This document shows, piece by piece, positions 19,839 through 28,948 of a DNA stretch of 64,000 nucleotides. Position 1 is the stretch's first letter; each line of letters begins with the position of its first letter. Source of the stretch: Firmicutes bacterium UBA5435 (GTDB lineage Bacteria > Bacillota > UBA5435); contig DIRN01000071.1 in assembly GCA_002426645.1 (NCBI GenBank), positions 22,107 through 86,106 on the forward strand, written 5' to 3'. Position numbers and translations under genes: made by a program. A model generated the notes under the pieces. That model was not told where the DNA came from and searched no databases. It worked only from the letters and a program-made list of their open reading frames with translations.

Positions 19839-20803
19839 TCAGTTTGCCTCCTCCTTATACTGTATAAGACGTTTTCTATCCTCTAAAAAAGTAAGAAGGA
19901 TTGATTCATTTACAACTGTATCTTTAAGCAAAGCTTCTTTCAAAGATTCATCGCAGGCTGTGACTATATCAGCATGGTTTAAACCTTGCGCCTCTTTCAA
20001 CACTCTGTCAGACAACACATCTTTTGTTGCAAATTCGTTTAAGTTTAATTTTAACAAATTACTTATCTGTTCCTTATCAGGAAGCCTATATTCTAGTATA
20101 TCATCAAATCTTCTAAATAAGGCTTTGTCTAACATCCTAGGATTATTTGTAGCTGCTATTATAATACTCGCCGAGTCATCTTGCTCTATATATTGTAAAA
20201 ACGAATTTAAAATTCTTCGCATTTCACCAACATCATTATCATAAGTTCTATCAGATCCAATTGCATCAAATTCATCAAACAAATATACTCCTCGATATTC
20301 TTTAATTTGTTCAAAAACTTTTTTTAATTTAGCACTCGTTTAACCCATATACTTGGAAATTAAGCGTTCAATTTGTATAGTATAAAGTGGTAGGTTTAAT
20401 TCACAAGCTATTACCGATGCTGTCATTGTCTTGCCTGTTCCTGGATCGCCCTCCAATAATAATTTCGACCTATTTTTTAATCCATTCTTTAGTAAAATAT
20501 CTCTTTTCCTGTATTCCTCCAATACTCTATTTATTCTATTTTTTAGCTCCGAACTGACTGCAAGTTGATTAATTCTAGTACTTGCATATTTAAGTTCTAA
20601 TGCTTCATCATTTTTATTGAATTTCAATATATCTGCTTTTTTGCCGAAGAGTTTTCCACTATACTTTTTATCTCTCTAGCACTTGTCATATGTCCAACTT
20701 TTGCTTCATGAGCTGCAATTTGTAAAGAGATAACTTTGAACTTCTCACGATCACCTTCAAAGTGAGCTCTTAGCAAAGCTTTCACTTGAGCTATTGTAGC
20801 CAT
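19839..20803 (-). pseudogene. AAA+ ATPase broken into three ORFs by two frameshifts at poly-A runs
   Basis: Segments 20803-20630 (MATIAQVKALL...), 20627-20340 (Walker A GDPGTGKT) and 20282-19839 (Walker B LFDEFDAIG, sensor/arginine region). The breaks are at A6 and A7 homopolymers. Confidence 0.6.
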
Positions 20804-20980
20804 GTAAAACTCTCCTTTCTTATCAAAATTAAATTATAAAAAATGACGCGCGCCATAAACGCACCATCTTTTCAGATCACTAGGTTTTGGAACATGACCC
20901 TTAATCATATCTATCCATAAAACATTATACTCCATTAATCTATCCATAGTCAATAAACTTGTATTGACTTAATTCTCTTC

Positions 20981-21128
20981 ATCCTTCTCTCACACGGCAA
21001 TCTCCTATAGACCAGGTCTATCATTGTAACTAGAGGTACAAGCTAATATAAATTTTAATAACCAAATAAACTCTTTAATGACTTAATTCGACATCAAAAG
21101 AAGATTTCCTATATTTATAAAAATAGTA
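20981..21128. repeat. imperfect direct repeat copy A' (partner of 18808-19165)
   Basis: See copy A. Together the two copies bracket the RT fossil and the AAA+ pseudogene. Confidence 0.6.
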
Positions 21129-21155
21129 GCAGCTCTTATACGCTAAAGCATACAT

Positions 21156-21350
21156 TCAACTCTTCATAGCGCTATTACCAATCAAACAGCCTATAACGAT
21201 ACCCACAATGAGCCCCTTTATGCCAAAGAATATTAAACCGATAATAGGTATAGTGACTAGTCCTGTAAGAAGGCAGCCTATCCTTTGCATGTTCTTACCT
21301 ATCTCTTCTAATTTTTTGCTTATACTCTCTAGATCAGCCACGGAAGGCAC
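21156..21350 (-). CDS. small hydrophobic protein (64 aa, one or two TM helices)
   Basis: GxxxG-rich TM segment (IIGLIFFGIKGLIVGIVIGCLIG). No homology evidence. Confidence 0.3.
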   Translation of the reverse strand: MPSVADLESISKKLEEIGKNMQRIGCLLTGLVTIPIIGLIFFGIKGLIVGIVIGCLIGNSAMKS

Positions 21351-21427
21351 CCCCTGTTAACAAAAAGATAGAAACAATACTTTAGCCGTCAATTAAAAAC
21401 TGAACCTCATTTAACTTCTCATAGATT

Positions 21428-23689
21428 TCAGATACCATAAGCTCCATAAGCATGAAGCTCATTTTCTATATCATAAAGAAGGTTAGGTTCTGTCGCCTCT
21501 TTTAAAATAGTTGCTTGGTAATAGGGCCTAAAGGCATACTGGATCTCTTCTGCCTTATTCACAAAATCAAGCACAAAAGTATCCTCTTTTCCAGCACAGG
21601 TTCTATTAAGTCGCGATAGAGTCTGGACTGCTTTTACACCTGATAATTTCTTATCTACATACATGGTATGTAGCAAGGGTTGATCGAATCCAGTCTGGTA
21701 CTTCTCAGCAACTAAAAGTACTTGATATTCATCGGTGGCAAACTGTTCTGGAAACTCTGACTCCTTAAATCGATTCATACCACTTTCAGTGTACTCCAAT
21801 CCATGATCTTCCACTGTCCCTGAAAACGCTATTAGAGTTTTAATGTCCTTATAGCCTTTCTTTTTAATGTATTCATCAAAGGCATGTTTATAACGTACTG
21901 CGTGAAGCCTAGAGCTGGTTACAACCATTGCCTTTGCCCTACCCCCTATTTTATGTCTAGTTACGTTTATAAAGTGCTCTACTATAATTTCAGTCTTTTG
22001 AGCAATATTATGAGGGTGAAGACTTACATATCTTGTCAACGCTTTAGTGGCTTTTGCTCTCTCAAAACAAGGGTCATCCTCTATTCTCTTGGCTAATTTA
22101 AAGTACGTTTCATAGGTAACATAGTTCTGTAATACATCTAAAATGAAGCCTTCTTCAATGGCTTGGCGCATAGAATACAAATGAAACGGATATGGAAGTC
22201 CACTCTCTCCAGTAGTGCCAAACATTTCTAGGGTCTTAGCCTTAGGAGTAGCCGTAAAAGCAAAGAAACTTATATTAGGTTGTTCCCCACGCTTCTTTAT
22301 AACTTTCAATATCTCTTCTTCTGGATCATAGTCTTGATTCTCTTCATCTAACTTTATCGCTTCATCTAAAGTATTTGCAGATAAAACTTCTCTTAAAGAG
22401 GCCATGCTTTCTCCAGCAGTACTAGAATGCGCTTCATCTATAATAACTGCATACTTTCGCTCTTTTAACTCCCCAACTTTTTCAATGATAAAAGGGAACT
22501 TTTGAAGTGTGGAAATAATTATCCTCGTTCCGCCTTTAATCGAATCTGCTAGTTGATTGGAATCCTTATCTATCTTTTCTACCACACCGTGCTTGTGTTC
22601 AAGTTGATAAATCCTATCTTGCAATTGCTGATCTAAGGCACGCCTATCAGTAACCACAATAACCGAATCAAATACTGCATCATTCTTTTCATCATGTAAG
22701 TTTGCTAGTCTGTGAGCAAGCCATGAAATAGAGTTGGTCTTCCCTGATCCTGCACTATGCTGAATAAGATAGTTCGTACCTACTCCCTTTTCTTTAGCAT
22801 TAGCTTCTAATCTTCTGACTGCATCTAACTGATGATATCTTGGGAATATAACTTTTTCATAAGCTAAATACGTGTTCCCATCAACGTCTTTTCTTTCTTC
22901 AGATTCAATAAAGACAAACCTTTTTAGTATATCTAATAGACTATCCTTTTCTAATATTTCTTCCCATAGATAAGCGGTTTTTAGTCCATTGGGATTACTA
23001 GGATTCCCTTTTCCTCCTCTATCCCCTTTATTAAAGGGAAGGAAAGAAGTCTTATCGCCATCAAGTTTTGTGGTCATATAAACTTCTGAAGTATCTACTG
23101 CAAAGAACACAATGGTTCTCTTTTTAAACTGAAACAATAATTCATACGGGTTTCTATCTTTTTTATACTGCATAATGGCATCTTCATAAGTTTGTCCAGT
23201 AAAGGGATTCTTGAGTTCCATGACAACTACAGGTAACCCATTGACACAAATGAGCATATCAACGCTATTGTTGTTTCTAAGACTATAGCGTACCTGTCTT
23301 ATTACAGAGATTCGATTCTTTTGATAAAGCTCAAAGAGTTCAATATTGAGCTCACTAGCAGGCTTAAAATAGACAAGGTCTATATATGTACCATAGTCCT
23401 TAATCCCATGTCTTAGCACATCTATAATACCACGTTTCTTAAGTTCCGTATCAAGACGATTTAATACCTTTGATCGATATTGGTCTTTATAGATCTCTTT
23501 GAGCCTCTGTACCTTCTTAGGTTGAGTATCTTCTAGGAATTCAAATAATATCTCAGTGTCTATAGCATATTCTTTACTAAAGTCAGCTGGGTTCCCTTTG
23601 ATATATCCATCATTCAAAAGATGCTCTTCCACATACTCTTCAAAGCCTTTCTCTGAAAGTTCCACAGGTGTGCTAGCCAATCTATCCAC
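21428..23689 (-). CDS. hsdR: Type I restriction enzyme R subunit (HsdR), short form
   Basis: HsdR_N-like N-terminus, SF2 helicase Walker A (HSAGSGKTNS) and DEAH box (VIIDEAHSS). It is the last gene of the hsdM-S-X-R operon. At 753 aa it is short for HsdR. Confidence 0.85.
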   Translation of the reverse strand: MDRLASTPVELSEKGFEEYVEEHLLNDGYIKGNPADFSKEYAIDTEILFEFLEDTQPKKVQRLKEIYKDQYRSKVLNRLDTELKKRGIIDVLRHGIKDYGTYIDLVYFKPASELNIELFELYQKNRISVIRQVRYSLRNNNSVDMLICVNGLPVVVMELKNPFTGQTYEDAIMQYKKDRNPYELLFQFKKRTIVFFAVDTSEVYMTTKLDGDKTSFLPFNKGDRGGKGNPSNPNGLKTAYLWEEILEKDSLLDILKRFVFIESEERKDVDGNTYLAYEKVIFPRYHQLDAVRRLEANAKEKGVGTNYLIQHSAGSGKTNSISWLAHRLANLHDEKNDAVFDSVIVVTDRRALDQQLQDRIYQLEHKHGVVEKIDKDSNQLADSIKGGTRIIISTLQKFPFIIEKVGELKERKYAVIIDEAHSSTAGESMASLREVLSANTLDEAIKLDEENQDYDPEEEILKVIKKRGEQPNISFFAFTATPKAKTLEMFGTTGESGLPYPFHLYSMRQAIEEGFILDVLQNYVTYETYFKLAKRIEDDPCFERAKATKALTRYVSLHPHNIAQKTEIIVEHFINVTRHKIGGRAKAMVVTSSRLHAVRYKHAFDEYIKKKGYKDIKTLIAFSGTVEDHGLEYTESGMNRFKESEFPEQFATDEYQVLLVAEKYQTGFDQPLLHTMYVDKKLSGVKAVQTLSRLNRTCAGKEDTFVLDFVNKAEEIQYAFRPYYQATILKEATEPNLLYDIENELHAYGAYGI

Positions 23690-23693
23690 CCTC

Positions 23694-24593
23694 CTAATTC
23701 TTATCGTAGCTCTTTATAATAAGGGGTTTTGCCTTATCAAAATCCCTATCACTTTCTATCCTTACCTCTAGATCTCCCGTGCCTAAATGCCCAATCTTTC
23801 TGACATCTCTTATAAAGCCTTCTTCCAACTCTACGTCATCGGGATTTAATTTTAAATACATAAGAATTGTTTTACCTGTAGGATATACTTCTATACAAGC
23901 AAAGTTACGTATCTTCTTAAATGCGATATAGTACTTAAGGGCTTTTTCCTGAACATCCTCGCCTAAATTAATTATAAAATCTCTTATAGCGTAATATCTG
24001 TCTTGTAGCTCCTCATCTGCCTGCTGAATATTTTGAGATACGGTTTTCGTCTTTGTGTCTTCTACGCTCATACTATTAGGTACCTGTGATTCTGTAGTTA
24101 CATTTACTAGGTCAAATAGTATTAGATCATCCTCGTATTTTTTATATCTTATCAGTTCTATATTTCTATTAATTTGTTTTACTGCATATTCATCGTATTT
24201 GGTAAAATCGCCTGCAATGCATAGAAGTCTTGGCATTGACCACTCAATTTTATCCGCGCTTTCTTTTCCTAGTTTCTCCATGACAAGAAGCTTAAAGTCG
24301 GCCTTATGGTCCATAAGCCAATCAAGGTAGTATAGTCCTTGGTTAATGACATTCTCATTTAGAGCCCTCTTGTATTCAATGATCACCGGACAAAAGTTCT
24401 CGTCAATACCCAATGAATCGATTCTACCTCCATGATTTTTGCCCGTAGAGTATTCTGATGCAAGGAACCTGATACCAAAGAAAACTTCCATATTGGCTTC
24501 AATAAAGACTTGTAAAGACTTTTCCATTGCAACGGAGGTTCCCTTTAGTTCCGTTACTCCATCTTTGATTCTAAATAGTTTTAAATCCCCCAT
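23694..24593 (-). CDS. PD-(D/E)xK nuclease-fold protein (NucS/DUF91-like N-terminal domain) embedded in the R-M operon
   Basis: GGRIDSLGID...PVIIEYKR...QGLYYL matches the NucS/DUF91 D-ExK core. The C-terminal 180 aa or so is uncharacterised. It is 5 nt upstream of hsdR and 16 nt downstream of hsdS. Confidence 0.5.
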   Translation of the reverse strand: MGDLKLFRIKDGVTELKGTSVAMEKSLQVFIEANMEVFFGIRFLASEYSTGKNHGGRIDSLGIDENFCPVIIEYKRALNENVINQGLYYLDWLMDHKADFKLLVMEKLGKESADKIEWSMPRLLCIAGDFTKYDEYAVKQINRNIELIRYKKYEDDLILFDLVNVTTESQVPNSMSVEDTKTKTVSQNIQQADEELQDRYYAIRDFIINLGEDVQEKALKYYIAFKKIRNFACIEVYPTGKTILMYLKLNPDDVELEEGFIRDVRKIGHLGTGDLEVRIESDRDFDKAKPLIIKSYDKN

Positions 24594-24608
24594 ATAGCGC
24601 CCCCCCGT

Positions 24609-25943
24609 TTAATTATCTTTGTAGTCTCTCACATCAATTTTTCCAGTCACAGCTTCGGATATAAGGGATTGGCGGTACTCTTTAAGCTTTTGTATTTGGA
24701 GCTGTATATCAGAAACTAGCTCATCTATTTCAGCGATTTTTTGGTCGAGGAAATTAGCTATTTTCTCCTGTCCCCTATAATTGGGAACCGCCAATTTATA
24801 ATTTAAGATAAAGTTTGTAGGTATGCGCTTTAAACCTGCAACCCCATACATTTCAGAAACTCCTTTTGATTTGAATATACTTGATTGAAAATAATAGAAT
24901 AAAAAACTATTATAACAATTGCTTTTACAGCGTAAAACATGTAGCTCTGTGGTTCCGAACCCTATACCATTCAATAATCCATCCACTACAGCAATATTTC
25001 CATTTTCAAAACACGGAGTAACTTTTGCTAAAATAATATCGCCATCCTTAAAATATGTATAACCACTAATTAAGTTTTCTATAGCATCGGTAATAGAGTA
25101 ATCTACCACTCCTGTTCTAATAATCTTTTCCATAGGTATAAAGGTGACTTCTAGTTCTGGTGGCAAATGCCTTATTTCGGATTTGTTAGGATTAACAGAT
25201 GCCAAGTACTTAATCTTTTTTATTTCCCACCCCTCCGGTACCTCCCCTATCCACTCAATCCCAGAATCCTTCATCTTCACATCTGGGTTAAGTCCTTTTG
25301 CAACAGCTTCACTTATAATTGCCTGCCTGTGTTCTTGGAGGAGTTCAATCATTCTTTCTTTATCCGCAATTAAGCCATCGAATTCAGTAATTTTCTGGTC
25401 GAGAAAACTCACTATCAATTGTTGTGTTTGCATATTAGGTAGCAAACACTGTAAATTGCCAATATCAGAAGCATTGACTGCAGGATAACTTACTCCTACA
25501 GACCTTTTAACGATTTCATTAACATAGCTTTCAGAGCGCATTAAGTAAAATAAATATTGAGGTACTAGTTTCTTGCCAGGCGATAAAACTGCAAAGCCCG
25601 TAGAACATATTAAATTCTTCGGTGGCTTATGAATAAATGCAATTGCTTTTAAATACGTTCTTACCGTAGAAACAATAGTGTCACCATCTTTTACAACTCT
25701 TCTCGCCCTGCTTGGAGCATTTACAAACTGATAATTTTGTAAATCCCTTATCTCACCAAATGAATTTACACTTCCAATATCAATATAAATAATCTCAAAA
25801 TCATCATCCGCATGTTCTCCTAATACATTTTTATTTATATAAGTCTCATACTTAATCTTTGATATTTCCCACCCCTCCGGTACCTCCCCTATCCACTCAA
25901 CCCCAGAGTCCTTATATCTATCATACCTCTTATATCCACTCAT
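24609..25943 (-). CDS. hsdS: Type I restriction-modification specificity subunit (HsdS), two target-recognition domains
   Basis: Duplicated conserved segments DSGVEWIGEVPEGWEISKIKY and DSGIEWIGEVPEGWEIKKIKY, plus coiled-coil conserved regions (LLQEHRQAIISEAV, LKEYRQSLISEAV). The start overlaps the hsdM stop. Confidence 0.85.
   Translation of the reverse strand: MSGYKRYDRYKDSGVEWIGEVPEGWEISKIKYETYINKNVLGEHADDDFEIIYIDIGSVNSFGEIRDLQNYQFVNAPSRARRVVKDGDTIVSTVRTYLKAIAFIHKPPKNLICSTGFAVLSPGKKLVPQYLFYLMRSESYVNEIVKRSVGVSYPAVNASDIGNLQCLLPNMQTQQLIVSFLDQKITEFDGLIADKERMIELLQEHRQAIISEAVAKGLNPDVKMKDSGIEWIGEVPEGWEIKKIKYLASVNPNKSEIRHLPPELEVTFIPMEKIIRTGVVDYSITDAIENLISGYTYFKDGDIILAKVTPCFENGNIAVVDGLLNGIGFGTTELHVLRCKSNCYNSFLFYYFQSSIFKSKGVSEMYGVAGLKRIPTNFILNYKLAVPNYRGQEKIANFLDQKIAEIDELVSDIQLQIQKLKEYRQSLISEAVTGKIDVRDYKDN
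25222..25285. repeat. intragenic direct repeat in hsdS (copy 1)
   Basis: TTTCCCACCCCTCCGGTACCTCCCCTATCCACTCAA(T/C)CCCAGA(A/G)TCCTT is repeated at 25863-25920. It encodes the conserved region preceding each TRD. Confidence 0.7.
25863..25920. repeat. intragenic direct repeat in hsdS (copy 2)
   Basis: See copy 1. Near-identical sequence for about 55 bp. Confidence 0.7.
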
Positions 25944-27955
25944 CCACTAGTCACCTTCTTCAACTTCTCTAGGATGCTTTTTTCTAGTTCCCTTATCTCC
26001 TCTAAGATCGCTACAGAAGACCTTAACGGCTGGTATTTATAAAAGTACCGTGTGAACGGTATCTCATAGCCTATCCTAGTTCTACTTTCATCTATCCAAG
26101 CATCAGGTAAGTGAGGCTTCACTTCCCTTTGGAAATACTCATGGATATCTTCCTTAAGAGGCACATTTTCTGTATCCCTTAAATCCGTATCAGGCTCAGG
26201 ATTGCCTTTAGAATCGGTACATATATCTGCAGTTTCATCCTTTTCAGATAATGCAAATAGGATCGCCCTTTGGAGCTGACTATTTAATTTAATATCGCTC
26301 TTCTTTAAAGCTTTTAAAAACGCGTCCCTGTTCTTATACACAATAGTAGAATCCATCGTCTTTAACGTCTCTATAATCTCACTTTGAAGAGCCCTACCTT
26401 CCTCTATCTCTTTAAAACCTGCAGAACCTTTTTTCCTAGACTCAGCGAGTCTCTTAAAAGCCGTCTCATTGTATAAATTATTAATCCTATCGTGAGTAGC
26501 CTGAAAATTCAAACGCAGGGGCCTTTCAACAACTACCTTTTGATAACCCAGATCCCCATTATCAAAGATCTTGCAGTACTCATTTTCTTTAAACTCACCG
26601 TAAATTCTAGCGATCTCTGTAATCTGCTCCTCACTAATTTCATGTCGCTTATTACCAAGACTCTTCCTCATCTTCACATAAAAATCCACTGCATTTACCA
26701 ACTGTACTTTCCCTGTCCTGACAGGGCCTCTCATTGGATCACTATTCTTACGATTAGTCACTATCCAAATATATGTGGAAATACCCGTGTTATAAAACAA
26801 CTGATCAGGTAACGCAATAATCCCCTCTAACATATCGTTTTCAATAATCCATCTTCTGATCTCCGATTCACCCGAACCAGCATCACCTGTAAACAAAGGA
26901 GATCCATTAAAGATAATAGCAATACGGCTACCCTTTTCATCCTGCCTCATCTTTGATATCAAATGCTGTAAGAACAAAAGGGACCCATCGGAAATCCTAG
27001 GCAGACCAGCTCCGAACCTCCCGTTAAATCCCTCTCTTTCATGTTCATCTGTGATAAACTTTTGCGATTTCTTCCACTCCACACCAAAAGGAGGATTAGT
27101 AAGCATATATCGAAACATCTTACCACAATGACCATCCTGTGTAAAACTATCACCTAAAATAATATTATCTGCATTCTGTCCTTTGATCAGCATGTCTGAT
27201 TTACAGATACTAAAAGACTGAGGATTTAACTCCTGACCAAATATCTCTACCTGTATCCCAGGGTTCAAATCCCTTAAATACTGTTCAGTTACTGAAAGCA
27301 TACCCCCAGTCCCAGCACAACAGTCATATACAGTAGTCACTAGCCCTGGCTGTGTTAACTCTTCATTATCTTCATTCAATAAAATATTGACCATAAGTCT
27401 AATAACTTTACGGGGAGTATAGTGATCCCCTGCTTCTCCATGCTCAGAAAATCTCCTAATAAGCTCTTCAAAGATATATCCCATCTCCACATTACTGACC
27501 CTATCAGGATGTAGATCAATCTTATTAAACTCAGATATTATCAAATATAGCAGATTATTATCATTCAACTTGGTGATCTCTTTATCGAAATCAAAATACT
27601 CAATTATTTCTCTTGCATTCTTTGAAAACCCGTTTATATAGTTCCTTAGATTACTCGCTATATTATCAGGATCAGCAAGGAACTTCTCAAAATCATACTT
27701 ACTTACATTATTGAACTCTTGCTTTGAAACCCTATTTAAAACTGGATCTACGTTTTTAAGGCCAGTCTCCTTTAATTCTTCATACCTCTTTAATACCTCT
27801 TCCTTAGTGGACACAAGAACACAATCAAATCTTCTAAGCACACACATTGGAAGAACTACATCCCCATATTGCTCCTTTTTATAGGGACCCCTTAACAATT
27901 CCGCTATACTCCATATAAAATTAACTTTATCTTGAAAGTTAAACAGCTTTATCAC
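25940..27955 (-). CDS. hsdM: Type I R-M N6-adenine DNA methyltransferase (HsdM) with extended C-terminus
   Basis: HsdM N-terminal domain, an SAM-binding region, NPPFG catalytic motif (LTNPPFGVEWKK). GTG start. 671 aa. Confidence 0.9.
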   Translation of the reverse strand: MIKLFNFQDKVNFIWSIAELLRGPYKKEQYGDVVLPMCVLRRFDCVLVSTKEEVLKRYEELKETGLKNVDPVLNRVSKQEFNNVSKYDFEKFLADPDNIASNLRNYINGFSKNAREIIEYFDFDKEITKLNDNNLLYLIISEFNKIDLHPDRVSNVEMGYIFEELIRRFSEHGEAGDHYTPRKVIRLMVNILLNEDNEELTQPGLVTTVYDCCAGTGGMLSVTEQYLRDLNPGIQVEIFGQELNPQSFSICKSDMLIKGQNADNIILGDSFTQDGHCGKMFRYMLTNPPFGVEWKKSQKFITDEHEREGFNGRFGAGLPRISDGSLLFLQHLISKMRQDEKGSRIAIIFNGSPLFTGDAGSGESEIRRWIIENDMLEGIIALPDQLFYNTGISTYIWIVTNRKNSDPMRGPVRTGKVQLVNAVDFYVKMRKSLGNKRHEISEEQITEIARIYGEFKENEYCKIFDNGDLGYQKVVVERPLRLNFQATHDRINNLYNETAFKRLAESRKKGSAGFKEIEEGRALQSEIIETLKTMDSTIVYKNRDAFLKALKKSDIKLNSQLQRAILFALSEKDETADICTDSKGNPEPDTDLRDTENVPLKEDIHEYFQREVKPHLPDAWIDESRTRIGYEIPFTRYFYKYQPLRSSVAILEEIRELEKSILEKLKKVTSG

Positions 27956-28185
27956 TCCTATAAAATCACATGGTCCTATACTTTATATTCTATATTTCTC
28001 CTAATTTTCCTTTATAAAAAAGCTAATACCCTAAATTCTAGGTATCGGCGATACTAAAATTATATTTTTTTTAAACCGAAGGCGATAGTATATATAGATC
28101 GTGCTATTACTTTAAATAACAGGACTACGGCAGGTGTGTAAAGCCACAATATCACAGACCTCATGATAAATCCCTTGCTGGTCGA

Positions 28186-28948
28186 GTGGGAATTCTTAAT
28201 TTGTTAGGCCTCTCAAATAGCGAAATTATGAAGCAAGACACTGGCCCTTTTACAACTAAGCCTGAGAATATATTGAAAAAGCTAAAGACTGCAAAACCAC
28301 AAAACTTAAATGAAGTCTTTGGGAAAATATATAGAGGCAGTATGCCTGCTTTATACGGAAAAGACATAAGCAGGGACATCTTCTTTTCCTCATATGTGCA
28401 AACCTATTTACAACGTGATGTAAAAGACTTAACCCAGGTAAGTGATGAACTTAGGTTCCTTCGCTTTATATCATACGTTGCCGCACGTACAAGCCAGGTA
28501 GTAAACTACACCGATATGGCAAAAGATACTGGGATTACTCAACCAACAGCAAAGCAGTGGTTATCTATCCTTGTGTCCTCTGGAATCGTAACCTTAATAG
28601 AGCCATACTTCAACAATTCACTAAAGCGAATTATAAAAGCCCCTAAAATGTATTTTCTCGATACAGGCTCATGTGCTTATCTGACTAAATGGACTACTCC
28701 TGAATCTCTAGAAGCAGGAGCAATGTCAGGACCATTCTTTGAAACAGCAGGAAAAAGACCACCACAATGATACCCTTTATCCTATTGAAATCAAGAAAAG
28801 CGGAAACCCATCAAAGAACAGCATAAAGCATTTTAATCTATTAGAGAAAACAGGACTTAAGGTTGGTCCTGGTAGTCTTATCTGCCTAACAAATGATCTA
28901 TTACCTATTGATGAAAAGAATTCGTTTATACCTGCATGGCTAATATGA
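28186..28948 (+). pseudogene. remnant of a DUF4143-type AAA+ ATPase gene (N-terminal ATPase domain missing, internal frameshift)
   Basis: ORFs 28186-28770 and 28739-28948 together encode only the C-terminal DUF4143 region (YFLDTGSCAYL...). There is no room upstream for the ATPase domain. Confidence 0.5.

Noticed and set aside
21428-23689. HsdR possibly truncated at its C-terminus by the insertion that carries repeat A'
   Set aside because: The ORF ends at a clean stop and is followed by a separate small gene. Short HsdR variants exist. Without an alignment to full-length homologues truncation cannot be supported.
25222-25920. Possible CRISPR array, because of the repeated 55-bp unit
   Set aside because: There are only two copies and they are inside hsdS coding sequence. 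They encode the conserved HsdS peptide, and there are no regular spacers. No CRISPR array was found anywhere in the window.
27990-28160. Near-palindrome TATCGGCGATA / GGCGATAGTA repeats upstream of hsdM as a controller-protein operator
   Set aside because: The palindrome is imperfect and short. No C-protein gene is present, and the sequence could be chance in AT-rich DNA.
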